This document shows, piece after piece, positions 25,283 to 40,244 of a stretch of DNA of 64,000 bases. The translations under genes were made by a program, and so were the position numbers. Positions within the stretch are counted from its first letter, which is position 1, and every line of letters begins with the position of its first letter. The DNA is taken from positions 11,656,001-11,720,000 of the forward strand of contig NC_135254.1 in the NCBI RefSeq assembly GCF_964204865.1, in the 5' to 3' direction. Source of the stretch: Styela clava. Its lineage: Eukaryota. Under the pieces are notes generated by a model. That model made no database searches and had not been told where the DNA came from. It worked only from the letters and a program-made list of their open reading frames with translations.

Positions 25283-27392
25283 AATTTTATCTTAGCTTAC
25301 ATTCAATAATCTAGATATTATTTGAGGCTTCTTTGTAATAGTACTAATTATAATATTTTCATGATATCTCGGATTAAAGATCCCACATCACCAATAACTT
25401 TACTATGCGCATATATATATATACCTATACAATAGTTTGGAATTATGTAATACATCGAAAAAAGCTACACATAGTCGATAGATGGTAATCCAATAACATT
25501 TATATTAGACGTCATTCGCATAAATATCGTCAAAAAGGATCTGAGTTACAACTCAAGTTTCATACTTGAACTATAGCTTATAAATCCTCCCGTTGAATTC
25601 ATAACTTTGAAACGAAATAGTTTCTTTAACTTTTTTTAAATAGTAAAATTATTTTTCTGCTGAAGTTAAATCATCAAGTTAGTTTCATAACGCTACTTCA
25701 GTTCTATTTTTATACTTTCGATCGCATCAAGTATGATATTATTTACTCATAAGCGAAATGTCGAATGATTTTAATTAAAATGGACTAATTATAACATTCA
25801 TTATCAGATTTTACATATGACTAATACTGATAGAAAATAACAATCTGACAATTATAATCTAGTAAATAGAAACATTTATTGTCCTGACTGATTAGATGAA
25901 GAACATCTAAATATGACCGCTTGCTGATTCATGCGAAACTTTTAAAAAACACATAACTTTATCATTTTATTATTATAATTGATTACCTTCCGGGAGATGT
26001 TTTCAGCGCACAAAAGCATAACAACAACTCATGAAATTTTGTAATAATCCTGAAATATTTCATATTAATAAGTTCATGATTAGACAGAAAAGTGTAATAT
26101 GGCCTTGAGGCCTTTTTTAGCAAGTACGCAAACCGTTATTTTCCCGAAATTTGTATGCTGTCACTAATAGAGTCACGACAAATATATAGTTATTTGTGCC
26201 ATAAAATTGAACCACTAAGCTGAAACCAGTTACTAAAAATATTTTTTTGTCCTAAAACATAAAATTTAACAATATTTTAGTGCAGTGTTCGTTTTTTTCG
26301 TCAGTATCAAATCATTATTGAAAATGTTGACTGTATTTATCCATGGAACTAATTTTTTGATCATTAAAATAAAGAATACGTCACAGATTTTGCAATTTCT
26401 AAAATTTAAGATGCACACGTCGATTTAAAGTGCTCGTGCAGTTTAGCACGTCAGAAATAGCCCTCTTTAGTTGATTCTTCGAAACGTTTTCCGTATTAGA
26501 TAACACAGGAAAAGCATATAAAATCTTTAATCGTAATTCTGCATGTTTTGTCGCCACGGGCATAAATTTCGAGTTCTTTTTGTTTAAAAACGACACCGCA
26601 GTTGAAGAAGATTAACACTCATATTATGCGGACATGTGACGACTTGTTACAGAGTGCGGACAGTTTTCAGAAAGATGTTCCAATGCTCAAAGGATACATC
26701 CGTGACATATAATTTAGGTTTAAATTTTTGCAAAGGGGCCATAAATGTACAATGGCAATGCAGTAAAGAATTACAGTGAGACTATATCCATTCTGATCAA
26801 ATAAATTTTACATAAAGACAAATAATTCGAGGCGGTATATTTGTAAGCAATGTTGAGTTCACATTATCAAAGCACCAGTTATAGTTATATTATTATATTT
26901 AAAATGATATTTACATATATGTTGGGAAGTTTGGGTATTTGTAAATGCTTATGTAAATTCGAGACGCAAGAGGTTAACTCCAAATAAACTGCCAATATGC
27001 AACTTTTATGATTATTTTAGAATATGACAAAAATACGTATAAATACTAAACTCGTTTTTAAATTAGTATTCTGCATTTTTACCACACTTAACTAGGTACA
27101 TAGTGCACTGCTTGAGTCCACTATTTACGAGTTGATGAAAATATAGACAAAATACCTTGCTGCTCACGATCAAGAAGAATATAGTCTCTTTCACCTTGTC
27201 GCCCACAATCACCGCCAATTATATTCAGCTATAGTTAGCAGATTCAATAAATTAAAGAACAATCTCATAATTCACAGTGGTCGGTATTGAAAGAGGTACA
27301 ATAAAATATTTTTAGCAGATTGTAGGATGTTAACAAATGTTCATCATTAAATTGCATTTTCATGTTTTTGCAGACAATAATAACGTACAAAA

Positions 27393-30300
27393 ATGGTAAT
27401 TAAGTTGGCGGTGGTTGCCGTCTGTCTGTTTGCTGGAGTTTGCGCTCAAAGTAAGTAATAATTTCACGTTTGGTGATATATTATATGTCAGCTATATCAC
27501 TGACTAAATCACAGATTAATATCTGATGCATCAGTTTCAAATATCTGTAAATTGACACGGATTGAAATTTTGTTAACGCATACGGCAACGTAGAATAAAG
27601 AACGTGAGAAATAGATATATGAATGAAAGTATATCCTGAAATACAGGATTAAAGCGTTTGTCTCGATAAATATGTAATTCGTTGACAATTGTAAGGTTTG
27701 TGTTATAACTGACAAAAAAAAAGTTGAATATGTAAAATTTTATATAGTGAATGCGAAATATTATCCTTATCTGCATCACATTATCACAAATTTTATTCTG
27801 TAATTTTCGTTCGAACAAAGTAAGACTTCCTCAGACTAGCATCTTACAAATAACTTTTCATTGAACTAAACTGCTTGTCCGGCTTTGTTAAAGTCCGCTT
27901 TAAAGTTTTGTTAACGTCCCCAAAACAATCGTTAAACGTTCTTTTGTGTCCATAATTTACGCATTCTTGGCATGTAAGTCTTTTCCCGATGGTTTCTAAT
28001 AATCTATTCCAGTGGTTGAATCTTGTTGCAATCTTTTTAAATCTGATTTGACAATTGCCACAACAAAACTAAAGCCAATTTTCAATGATTTAGATAGAAA
28101 ATAGTTGAAAGAATTTATCGAGATTGTAATTAAATTTAGGTTTGGTACGAGGCTTATTGTTTTCAGCTTTTGCTTTTGTAAAATTGTACATAAAATTCTG
28201 TTCATCAAATGTAACCTTTTACGTCACACTTACATTGCCCGCCAGTTTAGGTAGGAAATTTATTTGGCCCCTGGTTTAAAAACCTTGTCCACCTCTGCAG
28301 TGACACACAGGCAGAGAACGGAGCTGTAGTACAAAACACGACATTCTATTCAACCATGCAGGCCTACCAAATTATACTCCACCATCGTTTGATTTTAGGT
28401 GTATATACACCGTGCACTGGAATATATAAAATCTATTATGGTAATTTTTGCAACAGATTTTGAAATGAATTTTTGTAAACTGTCACCACAAGTTTATTTC
28501 ATACAGCTTGCGTGGATCAGGACAACAGATGTTCAGAATGGAAGAGATGGTGTGGTATAAACAATTACGTTGATGAAAATTGCAAAGAAACCTGTGACGA
28601 TTGTCCAACAGGTGGCGGGGGAGGTGGAGGTGGAGGAGGAGGCGGGAGTGAAAGTGAGTGGCATGAATGTAGTGTGACTTAACGTTTAAACGCGTTTGTG
28701 TCTGAATACTGATACAATTTCAAATTCGCGTACTACATAAGTTATGAACTACATAGGGTCTTTTGTAGAAAGTCCCCGCCACTAATTAAAAAAAATGAGA
28801 CTAAAAAAAACATCCACGCGACGTTTTAAAACAAAAATTAGTAATTATCCATTCCTGATTAGGAATGATTTAACTTTGAACCTCCAGATGATTTAAATTC
28901 GAATCTCCAGCGCAATCTATATTTCCCACCCAAACTCCAGCTGGTGTTTTTTTCGGCAGTGGGTTTTTTACAAGAAATCCACTACTTATTGATTGAAACA
29001 CCTAACCCCTAAGTTTTATGTCAAATATATTCATTCACAGTTGCTGCTGATAGATACATATTTAAAAGGTTTATTCCGGGGAGTTGCCCTTCCTACAGTT
29101 GTCCTTATATATGTGTCGATTATGAGAATAGGTAATATACCAGTTTTAGTTGCGGTAAAAAGTGCGATCGAACGCATATTTTTAAGGCTCGGTATGTTAT
29201 AGCAACTGCGACAAACCGATAAATTATGAGACGTTGTTGGTAGGCATTCTACCAGAAAAAGAAAAAGACTGCCAAAATTAAAAATTGTAAAGAAAGACGA
29301 TGAATTCGTGAAATAGAGATTTACGAAGAAGCGCTCAGAGAAATCAATTGTTTCATTGGTATCCCTACTCCATTGTGTGTGTTTGGTTGAAGCAATCAGA
29401 TATTTTATGATTTTGGTGATAGTATTGAATACTAAAAATTTATCGTATCAATTCAAAGTCAATATTTACTACATTTTTAAATACAAATATAACGACTTTC
29501 TGTACCGGGATATTTATGTGATATAGTTTTAGACAGTTGCCATTACGTTTATTTAGATTTTAGAAGTATCAAAATTGTCATTTTATCAATACAGCCTGCG
29601 TTGATAAAAATAGTGGATGTCCGAACTGGGAGTCTTATTGCGGTAACCACAATTTTGTGGATGAAAACTGTAAAAAAACGTGTGGTACTTGCTCAACGGG
29701 AGGAGGTGGAGGAAGCGGGGGAGGCGGAGGGGGCGGAGGTGAAAGTGAGTACTCCTAAATTCACGTTCAAAAATATAATATAGAATATTAAGAAAAAGAT
29801 CCGAAAGATGTAGTCAGATACGAGACAAAAATCAAAGTCTCGAGAATAGTAGAGGTAAATATCATCTTCATTTAGTCGAGGGGATCAGAGAATTAATATT
29901 ATTGGATTTATCTGATTTTTCTGAGCGGAGTCGAATTTAGTTCAGTCTAGTCGAGTAAATGGCTAGATTCATGGGGTGTTTTCGAGAAAGTTTTCATTAT
30001 TGGATTGTGCAAATTTTGTAACAATAGAATCGTTTTGCTTTCTTCGGTGCGACGCGTTTCTTAAAAGATCACAAGATTGGTAAGAAATAGACATCTGGAT
30101 TTGCATTGATCATGTCTGTCTATCTTGACGATATTGTGATACAAAGATATGTATCATATCAATGTTTATTTTACATTTATTGATGCTCATGAACCCTTGT
30201 ATCAATAAGTTTGTATTTATTAACAGCATGCAAAGACGACAACGCAGGTTGTCCAGGATGGTTGTCTTATTGTTCTTGGCATGAGTACGTAATAAAGAAC

Positions 30301-33300
30301 TGCAAAAAAACATGCAAAATCTGTCAAACTGGAGGTGGCGGTGGAGGAGGAGGAGGTGGTTCGTCCTGTAAGAATATTCTATATTGTTATTGAAGTAATT
30401 AAATTATTCAGGAAAGACTCGTATCATATTCTTTGTATTCAAATATCGGCATTTTTTTAAACTGGATACCGTACATTTATAAAATTTATTATAAATATAT
30501 ATGTCTGTTGACTTAAATTAAACGGAAACAACAATAACATTTTATGATAAATCCTCTGATCTGATCACAAGAAAATAACTTCATTTTTGTTCATATTACA
30601 GCTTGGTCTGCTTGTTCAAAGTCATGCGCAGAAGGCACGAGATACAGAACTCTGAGCAATGGTACCAAACAGTGGGAAGCTTGCAATATAGAGAAGTGTA
30701 ATAAAGTAGCAAGTAAGATGCTTTATTTATTGTTCGTTATACTACTGTGGGTTTATAGTCACAAGTAAGAACAATTTTTCTATCAACTTTTAGGCTTTCT
30801 GGAGCTCATTAACAAAGATTTTAAATATATGGGCTTCTATTGGGGATCACATTCTACATAGATTGTTGACACTTCAGCATGTAGTTTTAATCACGAATTT
30901 GATATTTGAGGATTTGGATGGCGCTATAGTTAGGCAGCGTGTCTTTGACTGTATCGCGAAACCTGGCATTATTTAATTTGAAAAAGAAAAATTAATGCAA
31001 ACAAGAAATCCAATATATGGAGACCATGGTCCAATGACGTACTAACAAAGTAATCTATGCTACTCACACATAGGCATTTTATCGGATCATTCTTATGATA
31101 AAAATACAAATTAGGATAGATCACGGCAGAGATATCGTTTGTCCAGAAGATGTCGGTTTTCTCCATTTTTAAATACTGAAAGTTTAAAAATGAATACTTC
31201 ATTAGTTGTGAAGTGAAGCGGTGTTTACCTAATAGCGAGAATACATTAGCAAAACGGTTCCATTTTTGCCCAGTAGTTGGATTCTAGTTTTTTTTTTACT
31301 TTTGAATGGACTACCAACGTGGACCAAAAAATAAGCAATAGAACCATTATTGACGAGTCGGTCTAGATTTAAGACTGTTCATTTGTACCACATATATGAT
31401 ATCAAAATGTATTCAAAAACTCATGTATTCAGAACAATTACCATATTCAGTATAACACAACTGAAATCTGCAAACCAATCAGGGACCTGAATATAACCTA
31501 GAAGAGTACATATATATGAATGGAATATTTTATTAGACTTACTCAATCGTCTCAATTATATTTGATCATAGCTTGTGGATCTAACCAAAAACAAAGAAAG
31601 GGTATTCCTCATGCTTGTTGTAATGACAACGGAATTTCAACATGCGGTAAAGTTAACATTGTTCAACGTATTTTTGGTGGCGACGACGCAATTCGAAAAG
31701 CATGGCCATGGATGGTAAGCTTAAAATTTAATTACATTCCGAAATGGTGATGCATGAAAAAATTACTTTGCATATTTTCAGGATCTTCGCTATGCCACTT
31801 AGTATTGTAATATATATATATTTAATGCTTAATTTGATATAACTGGATGTGCAAACTGGTTATATATTCAAAATCACCATTTTTCCAAAAATGTGCAAGC
31901 CGCTGTAACGCCGTGGTACTGGCAACTAAATTGGAAAGCGTTATCCCTATTTTTGGGGGCATATCCGATTATTGTAACTAAACTGAAACTCTACCGAACA
32001 AAATGGTTACTGGGTTATTTGACTTATACTTGGAAAAGCAAAAATTTCGAATACATAACAAAAAACTAATAAATAACACTCAAAACTCCTAAAAAGAGTG
32101 TTACAATTACAGTAACTGTTACAATCATGCTTGAAAATCTGTCTGAATGGAAATGTGTCTAAGACTCTAAGCGACTGCTTATATTTCAATTGTTACATAA
32201 CTGGCTTTTTGCTGATGAGCACAGAAACAAATAGTTATGATATAAGAGACAATGTACTGTTTAGTGTGATGCAACTCAATTTGATTGAGACTGTTTTCAA
32301 TATTGACATAAGATGCATTCAATATTTATACTCATTTAAAAATTTCAGATACAACATTGTAAGCACTTGTAATTTTTTGGAAATTCGCTGTCCCATTTCG
32401 TTTGATTTTAAATGCTCATTATGTTTTTTGAACTAAACGACTACTTTTACACTCAGGTTGCTATAAATTCGACTATTAGCAACAGACTGTTTTGTGCAGG
32501 AGTCCTTGTTTCTGATAGATACGTCATTACAGCTGCTCATTGCATGGCGTAAGTAGTTTCATGATAATTTTTCATACTACTCATGATATATGTTTTTATA
32601 TTTCTACATTCAATAGTCAACAATGCATTCATTGTAGCATTTAAATTAGCCTAAATAGGTATTGTTTTTCATAGATATTTCTTTTACGAATTGTGAAGTG
32701 GTTGTTTATACAAAATATTGTCGCCCTGAAGTTATACCTATCAGGGAAGTATTTTTACTTTGTTTTGCAACCATGTCAAATATAATCATGTCAAAGTTAA
32801 ATAAGTGATTCTCAATTTTTTCTTCCTATGTGCCGCGATGTCACAGTACTGACCACATTCTACTGACGAAATCTCTTCAAGGCCTTTCTATAAATACACA
32901 AACCGATTCCAGCGTCAAATTCATAACACGTTATATTAAAATACATCATTCTAGTTAGTAGGTCGAAATAATACATACAATTTTATTGACGTCATTAAGG
33001 TATTAACGCAAATGTATTTATCTGCGTTGATGCTCACCGCAGTTTTTGAACGTCGTTAAAAATTTAATACGACCTAACAAAGCGAAAACATTTACAAAGT
33101 GAGGAAAATACTTTGACATGAAGGTGGTTTTGCTGGTTATATATATAAGTACTCGTAACCAGTGAATCTGACCTATTTATTGATTGCTGTTTAGTGTTTT
33201 AACACTCGATTACTTGAAGTCGTGCAGCGTTTACACAATGATTTAATTATTAGGAATAATTCTAAACTACAATTGCTAGTAAAATATCAGCTACCAAACA

Positions 33301-34939
33301 AATTATTACCTTTTTGACACATTTCATATTCTTATTCTTGGACGTATCAGTAAACACAGTTGACAGAAAGATAAATCCTTCATGCCCTATTATCACTGCA
33401 AAAGTATCATGTTGAAAACTTTAAACAAATTATCTCTTTTGACCTTCTCGAATTTTTACACGACTATCTCACCAAGCACATAATGTTCTATGACATTAGG
33501 GTGGGAAATTAGTCAGCAACCACAAAATTGTCTGTCTGGAGTCTGGACATGATCTAACAAGATATTGGTCAATCTTTTAACAGAGACGTTAGTACAGGCG
33601 AAGAACTTACGACTGATGATGTTCGATTAAATTTCGGAATCCTGCGACTGACTGATTTAGCGACCGCAAGAAATACTGGGCGTGTAGATAAGGTGTTTTA
33701 TCCAAAATTGAACCAAAACAGCGCGAACTCTAAGAAAGTCTTTAATTACCCAGAAAACGATATTGCAATAATACGGGTACGTATTAATTTGACGTATAAT
33801 TGAACCTTTTTGACTTGAAATTAAAGTAATTAATAAGAATGTTTTCGAATATTCAATATAGACAAAAGCTAGAGTTCGACTGTCATCAGCCATACATCCC
33901 ATATGTTTACCTGGTGGCGAAATCACTCCTAAAGACACAACTTGCTACATTGCTGGATGGGGAATAAGTGAGTACGACCGCATTGTTGACTACCATCATC
34001 TAGTATTAATATTTATCAAACCATGACTTAAAATTTATCACCTCGTGATTACCTATAGGTATATGAATTCTTATTAGCGATTTTGAATTGTGAGAACGGA
34101 TGCCAATTAACGCTGAACAAGTGAGGATGAATCATTTGCCCCCTATCCTGGTTTTGCTGAGATATCAGTCAGATTGCTAATCAAGAACATAAACATATAT
34201 CTGATACAGTAAAAAAAAAATTGGTTTACTTGAACTCTCTTTTTCTACACCCCATATCCACAGAACCACTCAAGCTCTTTTTTTAAATGTATTCAGCATC
34301 TAACGCCAATACCGCCACGGAAGTGACACATTTACAAGAAGTTGCCGTTCAAAATATGGATCTTGACATTTGTCGTGTGGAGATGGCAAAGTATAAAAAC
34401 GAGATTCCAGAAGAAGAAGCATACGTACAATCCAGTAACAAGTTACTCTGCGCAGGAAGCCTTCACAAGGGTGCCAATAGCTGTCGGGTAAAATATATTC
34501 CTGCCAATCAGTATCTTTAGGGTAACAAAAGATTTTTTTGCGATCCTTGTTGCAGTTGAAACTAAAAATAAATTCTTCAAGATATTTCAAATTATATATT
34601 CACGATTTTATCGGTTGAAATCTTTTTGATAGCACAATGATAAACATTTTTAGCAATAGGTCCCGCAGATAAACAATCTATATGGCAAAAAGTAATTTGC
34701 TTTGTTTCATTTTTATTTCATTTTTTGATTTTCAGGGAGACAGCGGCGGGGCTATGATGTGTCAAAGATGCGCAAACTGTAATTGGTATTTAGCTGGCAT
34801 TGTATCGATTGGGGTAGTTGACTGTACCATACCAATACCCGCAGCATACACCAAAGTTGTAGATTTTGAAGCCTGGATACGTAGCGTCACTAGCATAAGT
34901 AGGGAATATTATTCATGTTCTAGACAAGTTGGACCTTAG
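27393..34939 (+). CDS. Gene C: secreted modular S1 serine protease, SP-ShKTx3-TSP1-protease (~511 aa, 11 coding exons)
   Basis: Exons 27393-27450, 28507-28653, 29595-29744, 30227-30367, 30602-30712, 31572-31714, 32457-32548, 33584-33776, 33862-33967, 34297-34487, 34736-34939; 1536 nt, in frame. Three ShKT exons each end in poly-Gly. QR|IFGG, TAAHC, DIAII, NSCR-GDSGGA. AATAAA at 34987. Confidence 0.92.
32954..33080. repeat. ~125-bp imperfect palindrome (MITE-like hairpin) in gene C intron 7
   Basis: Arms TTAGTAGGTCGAAATA and TAATACGACCTAACAA, with an inner AACGCA/TGCGTT pair. Confidence 0.5.
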
Positions 34940-36469
34940 ATATGCTCCGGAAATATGATATTGCATAAGGTTGTGATAAACCAGTTAATAAAAGAACTTG
35001 TATATACTGTATATTGGATTTTTTTCTGACGTGTGTTAAGGGAATTTCAGGTTAGTGCAACAAAGTTCATGACACATAACATTTATGAATTAAATAAGAT
35101 TCAAATGGGTTTCAACACTTTTGTATGGGCGGACCAAGCTATACATGCTCTATTTTGTCATGGAAACGATGAGAACAAAAAAGCGAGACGTGTAGATGAT
35201 GTCCAAATATATATAAAAAATACAAAATGCAAATGCGCAAACAGCCAACAGAGTTGGGGGACCTCCACTATAAAAGAGAAGAGAAAAAGTCAAGATGGAA
35301 AGTAAAGCGGATAGGGGGGCTGTCATTGCAACATGAATGTTGGATTACTAGTCTGAAATATTCCTCTATCACAATTCATTACTTACTAATTTCCATTGAG
35401 TTTTTTTTCATCTGAGTAATCGTCGATTAGTCTGCAAATACTTGTTACCTTTAGCTAAATTTTATTATGTTAAAAAAGAAATTGGACTGATTATATATAC
35501 TAATCATTTGATAAAGTCAAGTTTGAATCTCGGATTTTGTCCTTGTGTCGCCAACTTTTGATTACGACTTAGGCCAACAAACCAGGCTAAGATCTTACCG
35601 TGCCAATGAATGCAATCCATGTAAATTCCCTCTGTTTATTAGGCTTAATTTATGATGCGCTAAAAGGAATATTAAAACAAAATACAATTTCAATAATTCA
35701 ATTGAGCTGAGTGTTGTCGAAGTCTCGTAAACGCGCAATATATTTACATACCTTCTTGGAGTTATATATTTCAATTTAAAACTGGTGGTCCTCAGACAAC
35801 TGAATAAATTCTATTTGCAGTCAATAAGATATAGCCGCAATAAATAAAGATATTGTTTTCTAATATATATGTATGTATATATCTTGGAAAGGTAACCTTC
35901 CCACTTCAACACATTAAATTATAATTTTAATTGACAATTTGTCCAGAGACGTTTGATATATTGAAATCATATCATCTGTCACAAATATTGATACGAACTG
36001 AAGGTGCCGTCAATTGATATCCATAATATCCATGTGGTGGCGCATATCAGCCAGAAAAATTTAAAGTAAAATTCGGGAAAACAAAGTGGCGCTGAGTAAT
36101 CCAAAAAATATTAGAGAATTATAGCATTGCCGGTAACACAGCATTAATGACAGAATTTTTTATAACAATAACAATAGCATAAAAACAGCAAGTAGTAAAC
36201 GAACAGACTAATGACATAACAAGATAGCTAAGCTCAAATATGTAGACATGGAAGGCAAAACGGAATGTTTTATCACCAATTCTTCGAAAATCATATTCGG
36301 TAACTTACCAGTACCTTTATCGGGATACCGTGAAGGTACATGGACTGTTGGAGCTTTTCCAGGTCCCGTGACGATGATCCATTCTCCTTGATTCAGTTTG
36401 AAGATTAATTGAGACACCAACTGATCCGAGTGACGTATTTATTACCAGATTTGGCACCACATTCTATAC

Positions 36470-38273
36470 CAGGGCTTCCCAAACTAGGGGCCGCGACCCC
36501 TTCCAGGGCGAAGCGAATTTTAGGGGCCGCAAAGAGAGCACCAATTTTACACAAAGTACTATATCTATTGTACTTTTCCAGACTCTTGATTCGAAATATA
36601 ATTATTAAAAATATTATGAAACAAAATTTCACGATTCCTAATGAACACCACCTCATCATACTGTGTAAATAAGACTATGTCTTCAATTTTATTTCGAAAA
36701 TAACACTAGGGCTTAGTTTGGGGGGGTGTAGAGAATAACGAGATTTTTTATTATGACAAATAGGAATACCGATTTCCATTAATTATAAATAGCACGTCTT
36801 CATTTGAAATATTTGCTACCTATAGATTATTAACCATTTAAAAAGTAGAAAGAGTAGAAATTTTCTGAGTAGGAATTTCTTGCTATCGACTAGGACTCAG
36901 TGGTTCTCGAACTTCATTGTATTGTGACGCCCTCCAAAATTATGCTCAAGTTACGACTACCCGTGAAAATACGTATTGATAACTTTCAATAAAAGACTTT
37001 TTTTGCAATGAGTTTCATATAAAGGAACAAACGAAACATAACGACAGTCAGTGAAATCATATTTAATGGGCGTTGGTGGAAAAGTCTGCTTTATATAAAA
37101 ACGAAATCGCAGAAGGGGTAGGAGCCCGCAACGCTTTTTGAACCAAGAAAAATAATCTTTATCTACAGAAAACCGAATTTTCAGAATGAAACTTTTTTTA
37201 TTGTAACACCATCACACGTAAGATCGATATAATCTTCCCTTTTTTCTGTAAAAGTGGAAAATATGGGTTGTTCGAAAGGTTTTGAGAAAAAGAAGAAATT
37301 TTGAAAGAAATTTTGCGACGTCCTAGCAAAATTAAAACGACGCACTTCCACGGGATTAGGTCAAAAAAAAATTGCGCTATCGACTAAATCTTTTTCAAAG
37401 GGAAGCGCTTATATTAAAACAATTTCTAAAATTCAGGCTTGGTTTCATTTTCGGGGAAACACAGTAGAATCACCGCGCTTGCATAACAATGCATATTCTG
37501 ATCGTAAGACCCGATTTGCGTGTGCTTGCATAACAATGCCGGCTTTAATATTCGTTAAGCTAGCGGTTCCCGAGACGATTTGCTAAGTGCGCCTCGAAAT
37601 ATTTTATTTATTCTAAATGTTTTATTGTTTCTCATTGTTGCAAATGATGTGTATACGAATCAATTTCATTTTACTGTTCTATGTTGTGTACGCTCTGTAA
37701 CGTCGGGTATCCTACATGCTGCAATTTCGTAGGCTGCAGTTTATTCATTTGCTGAACATGAGTGATTTTTTAGCATTTTGAAGAAAAACCAGGCAGAGAT
37801 AAGATAAGTACATATTAACGATGACAAAATTGTGTTTTATCATCAGCTATCGGGCAGCATATTTTTCGTGTAGGTGCGCCATGAGTTTTTTCCAGGATAA
37901 TTTGGCGCCACACAAACCGATGTCTTATGCTAAGTTTGATCAATAAGAGTGGACAATTCCGGACCATGCCGTCGGTGGCCAGACATCGTAATTCGTCATT
38001 TATGCCTGCATAAACAAACATTGAGCCAAGGCTGGACTTGCTGCAAAAAGTATTCGCACCCATTACACTGAATAATTGAGTAACGTTAATCTGAATAAAT
38101 ATGTGCTTGTTTTTGTAATTGAGTAGGCCTACTAAAAGTTGAGAAATAGCTGTGTCAATAAAACATCAAAAATGCATATTTGGAACTGTTCAGCATTATC
38201 AGCGCGAACAAGGGCCGCGGAAAATTTTAATATATTAAAAGGGGCCGCGAGCTTAAAAGTTTGGGAAGACCTG
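36470..38273. mobile_element. ~1.8-kb non-autonomous hAT element with a nested second hAT-like MITE starting at ~36898
   Basis: TIRs CAGGGCTTCCCAAACT and AGTTTGGGAAGACCTG, subterminal GGGGCCGCG motifs at both ends, and degenerate 8-bp TSD TTCTATAC/GTTTATAC. No transposase ORF. Confidence 0.75.
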
Positions 38274-40244
38274 GTTTATACCGTTCCCCACAAAAACTTT
38301 TCACCCACATTCGCAAAGCACAGGATTCGACGGCGTTCGTTGAGCACGAGATCCGCTGATATGCGTTCGCGAAACTGCTACGAGGTGCGCACATTTTGGT
38401 GATGGCATTGCTCACAAAATACGAATGCCATGGCACTCACAGAAATATTTGAAATAATTAAAAGTAATAGCCTTCTAGCAAAAAATACAATCTTCAACCA
38501 CTGAAACTCTCAAAGTAATTGATTCTGTAAAATAAAGAGAAAGTCGATTTTTTCATAACGATAGGAAGAAAAACAACAACAACAACAACAACATAATACC
38601 AAAACGATACATAGGTCCACTCCGTGTCCAATAACTCAAAAATAAGAGCAGAAGTTGAAAAGAATTGGAGTCGTAAAGTATTGGACAAGTTAAACGCGGC
38701 AGCGAGTGTCGGTAACCAAAGTCACTGACTTCTGAAACTCGATTGGTTATGGCATTTGCTATGAAGTCGTAAAATGGACCTGCGTTGATTTGTAAATGAA
38801 ATAATAATATCGGCTGTCTAATTTATTCAGCAAACGAGAAAACTATTTATATATATATATATAGAATAGGGAAAGGTCAAGGTTTGTTTTGAAATTACCA
38901 CGACCGATGTCTGATGTGAAAACATTCAACATTTGCTGCCCGAAGCAATAACTATAAAAATTTGAAACAAGGCAATGCACAGTACCAACATCGGAATTCC
39001 TACAAATAATCTGTTCCATGTGACATATGTAAAACTATGTAGAAGCATAATAAGTTGAAGTATAACGGTCAAATCTAAATTTGCTCCATAAATTGGTATG
39101 GAATTCAGCATTAAAAGCAAAATATATATATATAAAGTTAGGAGTCATTTCTAATAATTGCAGCCTTGATTTGACTCGTGATAAGATGAATTGAGCAAGA
39201 ATAAGGATATATATTTAGTCATTTCGGTCCATAGGGCAACATTTTTCATTCAAGATATCAATTTTAAAAAAATACCGAATATACAGTGTAATGAAATAAA
39301 AACTCGCTATCAACACGGTATCGGTGGAATTGCTCGTTGTGTAAAGATAAGAAACCGTTTTAGTTTTGGGAAAATACCAACTCCGAAGTGAATTTGCCGT
39401 TAAAAATATCCTTTGTTATTAAAAAACTTTGATTCAGTTTGTCGTTACTTTGTTGATTTAACGAATGATTGTGATTGTCACAATAAATATAGCAGTAATA
39501 CTTAGATTCCAAAATAGATATTAGAAGCATGACTTATTGATCAAAATCACACCCGGAGGGCCATGTAATCATGTGATGAAGTAAATTAAAAATCTTTGTG
39601 TACAATGCAATTTGTCAAATTGAAAAGGAAGCAAAGGTAAGCAATGTCACTACATAAGATTTATTTTGCATAGGATTTTCTAGTTAATGTTTGGAAGATC
39701 AGCAAGGACCTTTTTTAAAAGCATGAACTTTGAAACCGTTTATATAGTCATCGATCTGTAAATCTATGATTTTGTTACTTCATATATTCTGGTAGAAGCA
39801 CAGATCTTGAAGTAGATTAAACTAACACACATTCAATCATATACTATAGCTTATAATTCAATGCCTTGACCTCGGAAATATTTGCTCATTACTCACAAAT
39901 CTATATTCCGATAAAAATTCACCCGCGGCAATGGTTTTATGCTATAGAGAAAATACCTTGAAAGTATTAAATCTTAATATTTTAACATAAAATATTCTGT
40001 GTGTTGCTTTGATAATGTTATGCCCTGGTTTATAGTTGAACAGAAAACTCAAGTACTTCTTGGTATGAAGAATTAGTTAGTAGGTTGACCTGCTACCATT
40101 ACGAGGCAAAATATCTTTAGTTTACAAGCAAGACTGATTTAAATTTGAAATAAAATCTAGATAAACTTAGAAGGGAATTTAACATACTCAACTTGACATT
40201 TCAGGAGAATATATATTTTGCATTAAATATAATTAGCTAGAAAA

